Shown: positions 1 through 9,699 of the stretch, one piece after another | How the letters are laid out: each line of letters begins with the position of its first letter | Position numbering within the stretch: the first letter of the stretch is position 1 | Assembly: GCA_040902005.1 (NCBI GenBank) | Contig: JBBDYA010000112.1 | Location: 1-29,830, forward strand | Reading direction: 5' to 3' | DNA length: 29,830 nt | Source of the DNA: Gemmatimonadaceae bacterium | GTDB taxonomy: Bacteria; Gemmatimonadota; Gemmatimonadetes; Gemmatimonadales; Gemmatimonadaceae | Notes under the pieces: model-generated | What the model saw: the letters and a program-made list of their open reading frames with translations, nothing else | Databases searched by the model: none | What the model was told of the DNA's origin: nothing | Made by a program: the position numbers and the translations under genes

Positions 1-143
1 CGTCCAAGTATTGGTACTGGCTCGCGCCGGCCGGAACACCTCGCCCCGGCCCCTTGGTTTTTCAGAGCTTCCCTAAGCGCCAAGAACGGGAGTTGCATCA
101 GGGCGCGCTGTGCTCGCTGCAAGATCCCTGAAATGACGACACC

Positions 144-1697
144 GTGAGTCAGTGGCTCGCGCCAGCGCACCTGGCGCTGACCCTGGTCATCATCGTCTGG
201 AACGTGGTGCTGGCCGGGCACATCGTCCAGCTCCGCCAGGCGACGAAACCCTTCGCGATCCTCACCGGACTCGCGGGTATGCTGCTCATACCCGCGTTTG
301 TGGTGGCGGTCGCGACGACAACCGTGATCACGGGTCGCGCCATCTCGGCGATCGACTGGCTGTGGCCGCTCACGGTCGCGATGTTCGCGGCCCAGTCCGT
401 CTACGCGCTCACGCGCCGGATCGTCAACCCGCTCGTTGGCTATCCCATCGCGTTCTACAACGTGCTGCTGGCCGTGGCGCTGGCGGCGCGATACTCCACG
501 GCGCACGGCTACGACCTCGCGCACCCGCTGTTGATGCTCATGGCCGCGGAGATCGACGCGCTGGCGCTCGTGACCACGGAAGCCGCGATCTCGTCGCCAC
601 TGTTTCTCCACGTGCCGTTCATCGCGCCGGCCTTCGAGGCCCAGCGGCGGCTGGGCGCGGCGGTGCGTGTGGCGATGGCGGTAGTGGCGCTGGCGTGGTT
701 CGGCGTGATCGTCGCCGAGATTCCGCGCGCGAACATCGCGCTTGCCAGCTACGCGCGCCATGGTGACGACCGCCTGCGCGAGCGGCCGGACGGCTTTCGC
801 GTGGGGGCCAAGCTCTTTCCCGACGTGTCCGGGCTACCGTCGGCCGGCTCCGTCAGCATGGATCTGCAGCTGGCCGAATCGCTTGGCGTGAACGTGGTCA
901 GCGTCACCTTCGTGCCTGGCGCCAGCATCGTGGCGATCGACTCCGCGGCTCGCGCGATCGACCTGATGGAGCGCGATTCCATCGTGGTCATCGCCACGAT
1001 CGGCTATCGCGGCACGCTGCTCCCCGAAGTCATTCGCGAGCCGCTGGACGCGGACCTGCGGCTGCGCACGCTGCACAACGTTCTCATGCGGCTGCAGCCG
1101 GACATCGTCCTGCCCGCGCAGGATCCCTACGGCCTGGGCGCGCGCGTGGTAGGCCGGCTGCCGGTGGAGGACTGGCAGCGGTATCTCACGCGCGCGGCCG
1201 AACTGGTGGAGGCAGTTCGACCGCGCGTCCAGGTGGCGGTGGCGGCGTCGGTGTACGACTCGCGCGACAGCGCGCTGTACGCTTGGGCCGCCGCCCCCGG
1301 ATCGCCGATGGAGGCGGTGGGGTTCACGTTCTATCCGAACCGCCTGGGCGCGCGCACGATGGACGCGAGCTTTCGCGCCGCCGATCGCTGGATGCAGGCG
1401 CACCCGCCGGGCAAGCCGCACTGGGTGTTCGGCGTGGGCGGATATCCGCTGGCGCACGGCGAGCGCAGTCAGGATCGCGCCATCTGGGCGACGCTGGCGT
1501 GGGCCACCGACCACCAAGCCGTGCAGGGATTGGTGATTACCGAGGGCAACGACTACGGGCAGTCCATGGGGCTCCGCGCGCCGAACGGACGATTCCGTCT
1601 GGCCGCCGCTTCGGTGAGTCGGGCGATCCGGGATATTCGGGAGTCCACGACGCGCCCCCCGATCGCGCCGACAATGCATCCACCGCAGGAACCCTGA
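144..1697 (+). CDS. Polytopic membrane protein with C-terminal glycoside-hydrolase-like (clan GH-A style) barrel, catalytic residues apparently degenerate
   Basis: 517-aa ORF with GTG start. The first ~195 aa hold about six hydrophobic segments. The C-terminal part has GH-A-like strand motifs ([40 protein letters not shown]). Confidence 0.7.
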   Translation: MSQWLAPAHLALTLVIIVWNVVLAGHIVQLRQATKPFAILTGLAGMLLIPAFVVAVATTTVITGRAISAIDWLWPLTVAMFAAQSVYALTRRIVNPLVGYPIAFYNVLLAVALAARYSTAHGYDLAHPLLMLMAAEIDALALVTTEAAISSPLFLHVPFIAPAFEAQRRLGAAVRVAMAVVALAWFGVIVAEIPRANIALASYARHGDDRLRERPDGFRVGAKLFPDVSGLPSAGSVSMDLQLAESLGVNVVSVTFVPGASIVAIDSAARAIDLMERDSIVVIATIGYRGTLLPEVIREPLDADLRLRTLHNVLMRLQPDIVLPAQDPYGLGARVVGRLPVEDWQRYLTRAAELVEAVRPRVQVAVAASVYDSRDSALYAWAAAPGSPMEAVGFTFYPNRLGARTMDASFRAADRWMQAHPPGKPHWVFGVGGYPLAHGERSQDRAIWATLAWATDHQAVQGLVITEGNDYGQSMGLRAPNGRFRLAAASVSRAIRDIRESTTRPPIAPTMHPPQEP

Positions 1698-1750
1698 CGG
1701 GCCTGCAACCAAACGACCTCGACCAGCGTATGCCTGGCTGCGAGGTGACA

Positions 1751-4228
1751 ATGGAAAACCTGTTGCAGGACATCCGCTACGCGGTGCGTGGCCTTCGCCG
1801 GGCACCCGGGTTTGCGCTCGTCGCCATCCTGACGCTGGCGCTGGGCATCGGCGTGAACAGCGCGATCTTCAGCGTCGTCAACGCGGTGCTCTTCCGGCCA
1901 CTGCCGGTGGAGCGCCCGGCCGAGCTGGTGGACATCTACGGCCACACCGCAACCTCGGAGACGCACGACACACACTCGTACCCCAACTACGAGACGTATC
2001 GCGCGCAGACCGCCACGCTCACGGGGCTCGCGGGCTACTCCAACTTCTTCGCGCACCTGTCCATCCAGGGCAGCGCTGATCTGGTGGTCGGCGAGCTGGT
2101 GACCGACAACTACTTCCAGGTCCTCGGCGTCCGTCCGGCGCTGGGCCGGGTTTTCCTGGACGAGGAGTATGCGGCCCCGGGCGCGTCCCCGGTGGCGGTG
2201 ATCAGTCATCGCCTGTGGCGAAGCCGGTTCGCCGGCGCGGCGGACGTCGTGGGCAGGCAGTTCCGCATGAACGGCATCGTGTACCACGTGGTGGGCGTTG
2301 CGGCGCCGGAGTTCGGCGGGATGATGCCGGCGGTGACGGCGCAGATGTGGATTCCGACCGCGATGGTGGAGCACGTGGAGCCGCTGGGCAATCAGCGCTC
2401 GTCGGGCCCGTACGTCGGCGCCACGCGCCTGGAACGGCGCGGCCAGCACTGGATGTGGCTCAAGGGGCGCATGCAGCCGGGCACGCAGCCGGCGCAGGTG
2501 CGCGCCGAGTTCGAGGGCATCGCCGCTCGCATGGCGTCGCAGTATCCGGAGACGAACGCGCAGGAGCGGGTGACGATCGTGCGCACCAGCGACGTCCGGA
2601 TCAACCCGGACTTCGACCGCACGATCGCGCCCGTCGGCATGGTGCTCGTGGGCGCGGTGGCGCTGGTGCTCGTGGTGGCGTGCGCCAACCTGGCCAACCT
2701 GCTGCTGGCGCGCGCGGCCGGGCGCCGCCGTGAAATCGCCGTGCGGCTCGCCCTGGGCGCGGCACGCGCGCGGCTGGTGCAGCAGCTCCTTACGGAGAGC
2801 ATGCTGCTCGCGCTCGTCGGCGGGGCCGTGGCGATCCCGATCGCCGCGGGCCTGGCCACGCTGGTGGCGCGCGTGCAACCGCCGCTGCCCATCGACATCG
2901 GCCTCCAGATCGCGCCGGACTGGCGGGTGCTCGTGTTCACCATGGTCGCGGCCGTGGCCACGGGCATCGTGTTCGGACTGCTGCCCGCGGTGCGGGCGTC
3001 GCGTCCGGACCTGGTGCCGGCGCTGAAGGACGGCGCGCGGACCAGCGGGCGGCGAGGCGTGGAGCTGCGTGACGCGCTGGTCGTGGTGCAGATGGCGGTG
3101 TCGCTCGTGCTCGTGGTGGCGGGCGCGCTGATGGTGCGCAGCCTCTCGGCCGCGGGGCAGGTGCAACTGGGATACGACAGCGATCGCATCGCGTACCTGT
3201 CGGTGGCGCTCGAGATGAACGGCTACGACCGCGAACGCGGCGGCCGCTTTTTGGAAGCGGGGCGCCAGCGGCTCGGCGCGCTGCCGCAGGTGGACGCCGT
3301 GTCCATCGCGAGCCGACTGCCGCTGTCCCTCAACAACAACGGCTTCGCGCTGTTCATCGACGGACGCCAGGCGAGCGCGGAAGATCGTCCGTTCAGACTG
3401 GATGGCGCGTACGTGGATGAGCGCTACCTGGAGGCCCTTCAGCTGCCGCTACTGGCCGGTCGCGGCATCGAGGCAGCGGATCGGGACGAGGCGCGCCGCG
3501 TGGCGGTCGTGACGGCGGCCATGGCGCAGCGCTACTGGCCGGGACGGCCAGAGGATGCCGTGGGACGCGAGTTCCGGCTGCGCTGGGGGGCGGAGCCGCA
3601 TCGGATCATCGGCGTTGTGGCAGACTACAAGGTGGACACGCCCGGTGAGCTCGCGAAGCCGTACATCCATCTGCCGCTCGGGCGCCAGGAGACTTTCGGC
3701 AACTACCTCGTCCGCGTGTCGTCATCGGCGCGCGACGCCGTCCCCGCGCTGCAGCGCGAGCTGCGCGCGATCGACCCGGACCTGGTGTTCATGGACACGG
3801 GCACGCTGCGCGGGTTGGCGGACGTGCGACTCTTTCCCGTGCGCGCGGGAGCGTGGTTGATCGGCGCGTTCGGTTTCCTGGCGCTGGCCGTGGCGGCGGT
3901 GGGCCTGTACGGCGTCATCGGATACTCGGTGAGCCGGCGCGTGCGTGAGATTGGCATTCGCAAGGCGCTGGGCGCGCGGCCGGCGCAGCTCGTGGCGATG
4001 GTGCTGGGCGAGGGGATGATCCTGGTGGGCATCGGCGGCGCGGTGGGTGCCGTGCTGGCGGCGGCGGCGGCGCGCGTCCTGTCGAGCGCGCTGTTCGTCG
4101 GGCCGTTCGACGTGGTGAGCTTTGCGCTGGCGTTCGGCGTGCTGGCCACGGTGGCCCTCGCGGCGAACGCGATCCCGGCGCGGCGCGCCGCGCGCGTAGA
4201 CCCCATGGTCGCGCTGCGGGAGAGTTGA
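1751..4228 (+). CDS. ABC-type permease, duplicated MacB/FtsX domains (ADOP-like orphan permease), 825 aa
   Basis: Typical N-terminus [21 protein letters not shown]...[31 protein letters not shown]...[10 protein letters not shown]; second repeat [12 protein letters not shown]-terminus [23 protein letters not shown] at 1742-1747 fixes the start at ATG 1751, not 1283. Confidence 0.93.
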   Translation: MENLLQDIRYAVRGLRRAPGFALVAILTLALGIGVNSAIFSVVNAVLFRPLPVERPAELVDIYGHTATSETHDTHSYPNYETYRAQTATLTGLAGYSNFFAHLSIQGSADLVVGELVTDNYFQVLGVRPALGRVFLDEEYAAPGASPVAVISHRLWRSRFAGAADVVGRQFRMNGIVYHVVGVAAPEFGGMMPAVTAQMWIPTAMVEHVEPLGNQRSSGPYVGATRLERRGQHWMWLKGRMQPGTQPAQVRAEFEGIAARMASQYPETNAQERVTIVRTSDVRINPDFDRTIAPVGMVLVGAVALVLVVACANLANLLLARAAGRRREIAVRLALGAARARLVQQLLTESMLLALVGGAVAIPIAAGLATLVARVQPPLPIDIGLQIAPDWRVLVFTMVAAVATGIVFGLLPAVRASRPDLVPALKDGARTSGRRGVELRDALVVVQMAVSLVLVVAGALMVRSLSAAGQVQLGYDSDRIAYLSVALEMNGYDRERGGRFLEAGRQRLGALPQVDAVSIASRLPLSLNNNGFALFIDGRQASAEDRPFRLDGAYVDERYLEALQLPLLAGRGIEAADRDEARRVAVVTAAMAQRYWPGRPEDAVGREFRLRWGAEPHRIIGVVADYKVDTPGELAKPYIHLPLGRQETFGNYLVRVSSSARDAVPALQRELRAIDPDLVFMDTGTLRGLADVRLFPVRAGAWLIGAFGFLALAVAAVGLYGVIGYSVSRRVREIGIRKALGARPAQLVAMVLGEGMILVGIGGAVGAVLAAAAARVLSSALFVGPFDVVSFALAFGVLATVALAANAIPARRAARVDPMVALRES

Positions 4229-4250
4229 CGGAGCGAAGCGCCGGGACGCA

Positions 4251-4279
4251 TTGACACCACCATGCGGCGGGGGCATCCT
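4251..4279 (+). promoter_or_regulatory. Putative sigma-70 promoter of tldD-tldE
   Basis: TTGACA (4251-4256), 17-nt spacer, CATCCT (4274-4279), 27 nt upstream of ATG 4307. Confidence 0.55.
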
Positions 4280-4306
4280 CCCACAGACTCTTCCCCCACC
4301 GCCGCC

Positions 4307-5899
4307 ATGAAAAAGTCCCGCCGCGAATTCCTGAAGGCCGGCGCCACCGTCGCTGCCGCGACGATCGCCGCGCCACGCCTGCTCGTCGCCTCCCCCTCCC
4401 CACGCAACCCGTCGCGATGGACCGAGCCGGTCGCAGACGAGTTGACGATGGAGGCGCTGAACGCGGCCAGGGACGCCGGCGCGTCGTACGCCGACGTGCG
4501 CGTGGGCCGGTATCGCCGCCAGTCCATCGCCACGCGCGAACGGCAGATCACCGGCGTGTCTGACGGCGAGTCGTACGGCATGGGCATCCGCACGATCGTG
4601 AACGGCGCATGGGGCTTTGCCGCCACGAGCAACATGACGAAGGACGGCGTGGTCAGGGCGGCGCGCGAAGCGGCGCGGCTGTCGCGCGCCGCGCGGTCCG
4701 TGCAAAAGCGACCGATCGAGCTGGCGCCCGCACCCGTCGTCAAAGGCACGTGGAGGACGCCGGTGACGCGCGACCCGCTCGAGGTGCCGATCGAAGAAAA
4801 GGTCGCGCTGCTCTTCTCGGCGAACGAGGCGGCGCTCACGGTGGCCGGCGTGCGGTTCGTGACGTCGGGGCTGCAGCTCCTGCGCGAGATCAAGACGTAC
4901 GCGAACACCGAGGGCACCGAGACCACGCAGACGTTCATTCGCGTGGGCCCGTCGTTCTCAGCCACCGCCGTGGGATCGGGCGGATTCCAGCAGTACTCCG
5001 AGGAGCTTGCCCCGCGCGCCCAGGGCTGGGAGTACATCGAGTCGCTGAACATGCCGGGCAACGCCGCGCGCTGGGCGCAGCTCGCGGTCGAGAAGATCGG
5101 CGCGAAGTCCGTCGAGCCGGGGCGCTATGACGTCATCATCGACCCGAAGAATCTCTGGCTCACCATCCACGAGTCCATCGGCCACCCCACGGAGCTGGAC
5201 CGGGCCATGGGGTATGAGGCCAACTACGCCGGCACCAGCTTCATCGCGCCGCCCGAGGAGCACATCGGCAAGCTCAAATACGGCACGGCGCTCATGAACG
5301 TGCAGGCCGATCGCACGCAGGACACCTCGCTGTCCCTCTGTGCCTGGGACGACGAGGGCGTGGCGGCGGACAGCTGGATGCTCGTCGAGAACGGCGTCTT
5401 CAAGGACTATCAGACCACGCGCGAGCAGGCGGCGTGGATCAGCAAGCTCACTGGCGTCAACCGGTCGCACGGCTGCTCCTTCGCCGACTCGTGGGACTCG
5501 GTGCAGTTCCAGCGCATGCCGAACATCTCGCTGATGCCGGGCGATCGGGACATCAGCCTCGACGACATCGTCGCCGCCACCGACCGCGGCATCGTCATCA
5601 AGAACCGCGGCTCGTGGTCCATCGACCACCAGCGCTACAACTTCCAGTTCTCCGGCCAGGCGTTCTACGAGGTGCGGGGAGGCAAGATCACCGGCATGCT
5701 CAAGGACGTGGCCTATCAGGCAAACACGCCGGTGTTCTGGAATTCCATGGACATGATCGGCGGGAAAAGCTCGTACTGGCTGGGCGGCTCGTTCGGTGAC
5801 GGCAAAGGGCAGCCATCGCAATCCAATTCAGTGAGCCACGGATGTCCGCCAGCGCGCTTCCGCAACGTCACGATCGTGAACACCGGGAGGGAGACCTGA
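4307..5899 (+). CDS. tldD: TldD-family metalloprotease, catalytic subunit, with twin-arginine signal peptide (530 aa)
   Basis: HESIGH (HExxGH) metal motif, C-terminal SHGCPPARF, GAWGFAAT, WDDEGV and QRMPNISL motifs. N-terminus MKKSRREFLK is followed by an Ala-rich hydrophobic stretch. Start taken as ATG 4307, downstream of the promoter. Confidence 0.92.
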   Translation: MKKSRREFLKAGATVAAATIAAPRLLVASPSPRNPSRWTEPVADELTMEALNAARDAGASYADVRVGRYRRQSIATRERQITGVSDGESYGMGIRTIVNGAWGFAATSNMTKDGVVRAAREAARLSRAARSVQKRPIELAPAPVVKGTWRTPVTRDPLEVPIEEKVALLFSANEAALTVAGVRFVTSGLQLLREIKTYANTEGTETTQTFIRVGPSFSATAVGSGGFQQYSEELAPRAQGWEYIESLNMPGNAARWAQLAVEKIGAKSVEPGRYDVIIDPKNLWLTIHESIGHPTELDRAMGYEANYAGTSFIAPPEEHIGKLKYGTALMNVQADRTQDTSLSLCAWDDEGVAADSWMLVENGVFKDYQTTREQAAWISKLTGVNRSHGCSFADSWDSVQFQRMPNISLMPGDRDISLDDIVAATDRGIVIKNRGSWSIDHQRYNFQFSGQAFYEVRGGKITGMLKDVAYQANTPVFWNSMDMIGGKSSYWLGGSFGDGKGQPSQSNSVSHGCPPARFRNVTIVNTGRET

Positions 5900-7302
5900 T
5901 GACAAAGTCCCTCTTCACCCCAGAAGCGGAATTCCTGGACGGCGCGCAGGCGAAGGCGCTGGCCGACCGCGCCCTCTCGTTCGCCAAGGCGGATGAGACC
6001 CGCGTCACGATCAACACCGGCTGGACCGGCAACACGCGGTTCGCCGGCAACGAGATCACGACGAGCGGCGGCACCACGGACACGACGGTGACCGTGACGT
6101 CGAAGATCGGCCGGCGCAGCGCGTCGGCGCAGACCAACGTGCTGGACGACGAGAGTCTCCGCCGCACCGTGGCCTTCGCCGAATCCCTGGCGCGGCTGAG
6201 CCCCGAGAATCCCGAGCTCATGCCGGAGCTGGGACCGCAGCAGTATGCGGCGGTGAACGGCTACTTCGATGAAACGGCGAGTCTCAACCCCGAGGCCCGC
6301 GCCGCGGCGACCAAACAGTCGATCGACGCCGCCGAGGCCGCGGGTCGGGAAGCCGGCACCATCTTCGTCGCCGGCTACCTCCAGGCCCGCGCCGGCGCGA
6401 ACGCCATCGCGACGAGCCGCGGTCTGTTCGCCTATCACCGCTCGAGCGACGCCGATCTCGCGATCACCGCGCGCACCCCCGACGGCACCGGGTCCGGCTG
6501 GTCGGGCGCGGGCGCGCGCGACTGGCGCGCGGTGAATCCGGCCGTCCTCGGCCGCGTCGCCGCACAGAAGGCGGTCGCGAGCCGGAATCCCAGGGCCATC
6601 GAGCCGGGGTACTACACGGTCGTGCTCGAGCCGCAGGCGGTTGCCGATCTGGTGCCGCGGATCATCGGCGCATTCAACGCGCGCGCCAACGACGAGGGGC
6701 GCGGCACCTTCAGCAAGCCGGGCGGCGGCACGAAGCTCGGCGAGAAGATCGTGGACGAGCGCGTGACGATGTTCGCCGACCCGACGGATCCACAGCTCCT
6801 CACGCAGCCCTTCGCCAACGACGGCACGCCCATCAGGCGCGTGGTGTACATCGAGAACGGCATCCTGAAGAACTTCTCATACGACCGTTTCTGGGCGCAG
6901 CGGCAGGGCACCACGCCCACGGGTGGCGGCGGCGGCTTTGGAGGAGGCGGTGGCGGTGGCGGTGGCGGTGGCGGTGGCGTCAAGTTCGTTGGCGGCACGA
7001 AGTCCACCGCCGACCTGATCGCCGACTGTCAGCGCGGCATCCTGGTGACACGCTTCTTCTACATCCGGCCGCTGGACCAGCGCACCGGGCTGGTCACCGG
7101 CCTTACGCGCGACGGCACCTTCCTCATCGAGAACGGCAGGGTGACGCACGCGCTCAAGAACTTCCGATGGAACGAAAGCCCGCTTTTCCTGCTCAACAAG
7201 CTCGACGAGATTGGCCGGGCCGAGCCCACGGGCGCGGGACAGGTGATGCCGTCGCTCCGGGCGCGCGATTTCAACTTCACGTCGCTGTCGGACGCGGTGT
7301 GA
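5899..7302 (+). CDS. tldE: TldE/PmbA-family partner subunit (467 aa)
   Basis: TGATG stop/start overlap with tldD and SD GGGAGGGAG. Motifs NTRFAGNEIT, PGYYTVVLEPQAV, IENGILKN, TGLTRDGTFLIENG, NFRWNESP. No HExxH and no signal peptide. Confidence 0.88.
   Translation: MTKSLFTPEAEFLDGAQAKALADRALSFAKADETRVTINTGWTGNTRFAGNEITTSGGTTDTTVTVTSKIGRRSASAQTNVLDDESLRRTVAFAESLARLSPENPELMPELGPQQYAAVNGYFDETASLNPEARAAATKQSIDAAEAAGREAGTIFVAGYLQARAGANAIATSRGLFAYHRSSDADLAITARTPDGTGSGWSGAGARDWRAVNPAVLGRVAAQKAVASRNPRAIEPGYYTVVLEPQAVADLVPRIIGAFNARANDEGRGTFSKPGGGTKLGEKIVDERVTMFADPTDPQLLTQPFANDGTPIRRVVYIENGILKNFSYDRFWAQRQGTTPTGGGGGFGGGGGGGGGGGGGVKFVGGTKSTADLIADCQRGILVTRFFYIRPLDQRTGLVTGLTRDGTFLIENGRVTHALKNFRWNESPLFLLNKLDEIGRAEPTGAGQVMPSLRARDFNFTSLSDAV
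6922..6978 (+). repeat. Poly-glycine coding repeat (G5-F-G13; (GGCGGT)5 core)
   Basis: ggtggcggcggcggc ttt ggagga (ggcggt)x5 ggc read directly, in frame within tldE. Confidence 0.95.
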
Positions 7303-7329
7303 TCGCCTGATCCTCTTTCCTGAGTTACC

Positions 7330-7707
7330 GTGACTCGTCCCACGGCTCGTCGTATCCCGGTGTGGTTCGGGCTGGGTCGGCTCATACCGGCAATCGTACT
7401 GCTGGCGGCCTGCACGAGCTGGCAGCCGGTGACGCAACCAGAACGACTGGTCGCCGCGGAGGAACCCGTCCGCGTGCGTGTGGTGCGGCTGGACGCCACG
7501 CGTCACACGCTCTATTCAGCCCGGGTCACGGCGGACAGCGTCGTCGGATTCCTGAACATCGGGCACGGCGTCATCGCGTCGTTCAGCCGAGATTCGGTCG
7601 CCAGGCTCGAGCAGCGCCGCTTCAGCGCTACCCGGACAGTCGCGCTGGTGGCGATGATTCCTGTGGCTGCCTTGCTGGGCTTAGCCTTGATGTGGCCTGC
7701 ATCGTGA
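7330..7707 (+). CDS. Putative lipoprotein with C-terminal transmembrane segment (125 aa)
   Basis: Basic N-terminus, hydrophobic stretch and lipobox LAA-C28; C-terminal TVALVAMIPVAALLGLALMW. Fills the gap 27 nt after tldE. Confidence 0.7.
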   Translation: MTRPTARRIPVWFGLGRLIPAIVLLAACTSWQPVTQPERLVAAEEPVRVRVVRLDATRHTLYSARVTADSVVGFLNIGHGVIASFSRDSVARLEQRRFSATRTVALVAMIPVAALLGLALMWPAS

Positions 7708-7723
7708 CCTGCGGCACGAGCTA

Positions 7724-7756
7724 TTGACGACGAGCGTTGGTGGTCGTTCGCGTCAA
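7724..7756. terminator. Stem-loop in convergent intergenic region (possible bidirectional terminator or part of a repeated element)
   Basis: TTGACG-a-CGAGCG / CGTTCG-CGTCAA arms with an 8-nt loop; no clear U-tract. Confidence 0.4.
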
Positions 7757-7784
7757 CACTCCCCATAGCGGTCTGACAGCCGGC

Positions 7785-9089
7785 CTATCTCGCGCCTCGC
7801 GCCCTCCGCAGCAGCCACTCCCCGAGCAGCGACGTGAACAACACGACGCCAAGCAGGTTCGCCGTGGCGCGCGGCGAGAGCGCGACCGATCCCGCGCGCA
7901 CTGCGCCCGACGGCGCGCCGAGCGCCGAGTAGAGCGTCGCGAGCGGCGCAACGCTCGTGGTGGGATCGGCACGGTCCAGCGCCGGGGTGGGGGTCCGTGC
8001 CGCCACGCTCGCCACCACGCGCGACCACCAGTCGCGGTGGGCCGCCACGCTGTTCTCACCGCCGGCCATTCGCCAGCGCCAGGTCTGGTCGTATCCCACG
8101 ACCGCCACGCGCCCCGTGTAGTGGCGCCGCACCGCCACCACCGCACCGCCGTTCCTGCTCTCCAGCACGATGCCGCGCCGCCCGCCAATGGTGTCGAACA
8201 CCATGCGCGACAGCCCGCGCCACGCGGTGTCGCCCGGGAGCGTGCCCAGAGGAGCGGATTCCCGCCGCACTCCGCGCCACGCCACCAGCGCGCCCAGCCG
8301 ACGCGCGCGGATCGCGTCCCCCGCGAGCACCACCCCTCCCCCCGCGCGCGCGAACCGCTCCGCGCCGAGCGCGCGCTCCGCCGACGCCGAATCCATCAGC
8401 ACGATCGCGGCATGCCGACTGGTATCCAGCGCCGCGCGCGCTCGCCCGCCCTGTTGCACCTCGTGCTGTGGCGACACGAACAGACGCGCGTCCACTGCCC
8501 AGCCACTCTCCTCCAGCGCGGCAACGACGAACTTCGTCTCCCACCCCGCGTCGCCGATGACGAGTATCCGGCGCGGCGCGATCGCGGGAGCGACTTCGGC
8601 GCGCGCCACCTGAGCGCCCGCCTGCAGGGTGACGTCGCCGCCAACCGCCGCGACTCGCAGCGCGGACTGCGCCGCTGGCGCCGCGAGCGTGTCGATCGCA
8701 CCGAACGCATCGCTCACCACGCGCTTCGAGGCGTGAGGCGCATTGGCCAGCACGAACACGCCGCCCGCGGGGTCCACGGCGGGATAGGTCTCGATCGCCA
8801 CCGTTCCGATGGTGGCACCGGTCCACGAGACGGCCACGCCAGCCCTGCGCAGTGCCGCCAGCCACGCCGTGGCCGGCGCGTCGGACGCGGTGTCCATCCG
8901 CACGTGGACGCCGGCAACCCGGTGGGACAGCGTCCATCGCGGCAGTACGTCTGGCAGCGACCTGACGGTCGCGGACTCCACCCGCCCCGCGCGCGGCCGG
9001 GCGGCGTTCACGATCCACAGCGCCAGGGCCGCGAGACCGAGAATCCGCAGTGCGCGCTCCACGCGCGCGCGATCAACGCGTAAGGGCAT
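7785..9089 (-). CDS. MoxR-operon membrane protein (N- and C-terminal TM; glutamine-amidotransferase-like domain suspected), 434 aa
   Basis: Motifs ILVIGDAGWETKFVVAAL, DQTWRWRM...HRDWWSRVV and a C-terminal TM ending EWLLRRARG, typical of MoxR/VWA-cluster membrane proteins. Overlaps the DUF4159 gene by 17 nt. Confidence 0.75.
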   Translation of the reverse strand: MPLRVDRARVERALRILGLAALALWIVNAARPRAGRVESATVRSLPDVLPRWTLSHRVAGVHVRMDTASDAPATAWLAALRRAGVAVSWTGATIGTVAIETYPAVDPAGGVFVLANAPHASKRVVSDAFGAIDTLAAPAAQSALRVAAVGGDVTLQAGAQVARAEVAPAIAPRRILVIGDAGWETKFVVAALEESGWAVDARLFVSPQHEVQQGGRARAALDTSRHAAIVLMDSASAERALGAERFARAGGGVVLAGDAIRARRLGALVAWRGVRRESAPLGTLPGDTAWRGLSRMVFDTIGGRRGIVLESRNGGAVVAVRRHYTGRVAVVGYDQTWRWRMAGGENSVAAHRDWWSRVVASVAARTPTPALDRADPTTSVAPLATLYSALGAPSGAVRAGSVALSPRATANLLGVVLFTSLLGEWLLRRARGAR

Positions 9090-9699
9090 ACACGATCACA
9101 TTCACCCCGAACCGGGTGTTGTCGATGGCCAGGAACCGCTTGCTCTCCGGGTGGTAGCTCCACTCGGAGCTGTAATCCTTGCTGCTGTACAGCACGCCGA
9201 TGTGCCCGCCCACCATGATGGCCTGAAGATGCTCGTGCACCAGGTTGTCTCCCCATCCATTCAACTCGTGGCTCGTGGTGGGCGGGCCTTCGGAAAAATG
9301 AAAGAAGGCCGAGTACAGCTCGTGCGAGTTCGGCAGGTCGGCGAGGGGCCCGACCGTGCGACGCAGCTCCTCCGTCGCGGTCTTGTGAAAGACGCCGTCG
9401 ATGTCGTGATTGTGGTCGTCCACGAACAGGAACCCGCCGCGCGCCACGAACGCGCGAACGTTCGCGCGTTCGGCGTCCGTGAACCGCACCGGCAGATGAC
9501 CGGTGAGGAAGAGGAACGGAAACCGCAACACCTCGGCGGACGCGAGCGGCACGATCGCGGGCGTGGGCGACACGCGCAACGACGTGTAGCGCGCCACCGA
9601 GTCGATCAGGTTGGGCCCGACCAGCGGGGCACTGTCCCAGTCCCCCGACTCGTACTGGGCGGTGGCGAAGACGAGAGCGCGTGTCGTGGCGGTCACCAT
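9073..9699 (-). CDS. DUF4159 domain protein (~208 aa)
   Basis: YESGDWD, FPFLFLTGH, GGFLFVDDHNHDIDG, LPNSHELY, KDYSSEW, RFGVNVIVYALT. Start ATG 9699 or GTG 9696 overlaps the TGA at 9695-9693 of the upstream gene's alternative-frame tail. Confidence 0.85.
   Translation of the reverse strand: MVTATTRALVFATAQYESGDWDSAPLVGPNLIDSVARYTSLRVSPTPAIVPLASAEVLRFPFLFLTGHLPVRFTDAERANVRAFVARGGFLFVDDHNHDIDGVFHKTATEELRRTVGPLADLPNSHELYSAFFHFSEGPPTTSHELNGWGDNLVHEHLQAIMVGGHIGVLYSSKDYSSEWSYHPESKRFLAIDNTRFGVNVIVYALTR

Noticed and set aside
1..143. Possible ncRNA or divergent promoter at the window start
   Set aside because: No recognisable RNA family or correctly spaced promoter; context is cut by the window edge.
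1283..1750. N-terminal extension of the permease ORF in the track (and similar extensions for tldE, DUF58, BatA-like, kynU-like, M28)
   Set aside because: They overlap upstream genes; SD sites and stop/start overlaps indicate the later starts.
7324..7784. Lipoprotein gene as an integron cassette with attC
   Set aside because: No RYYYAAC...GTTRRRY core pair bounding the hairpin and no integrase in the window.
4229..7784. RiPP precursor or YcaO cluster associated with TldDE
   Set aside because: No YcaO, radical SAM or other modifying enzyme and no precursor-like short ORF nearby.
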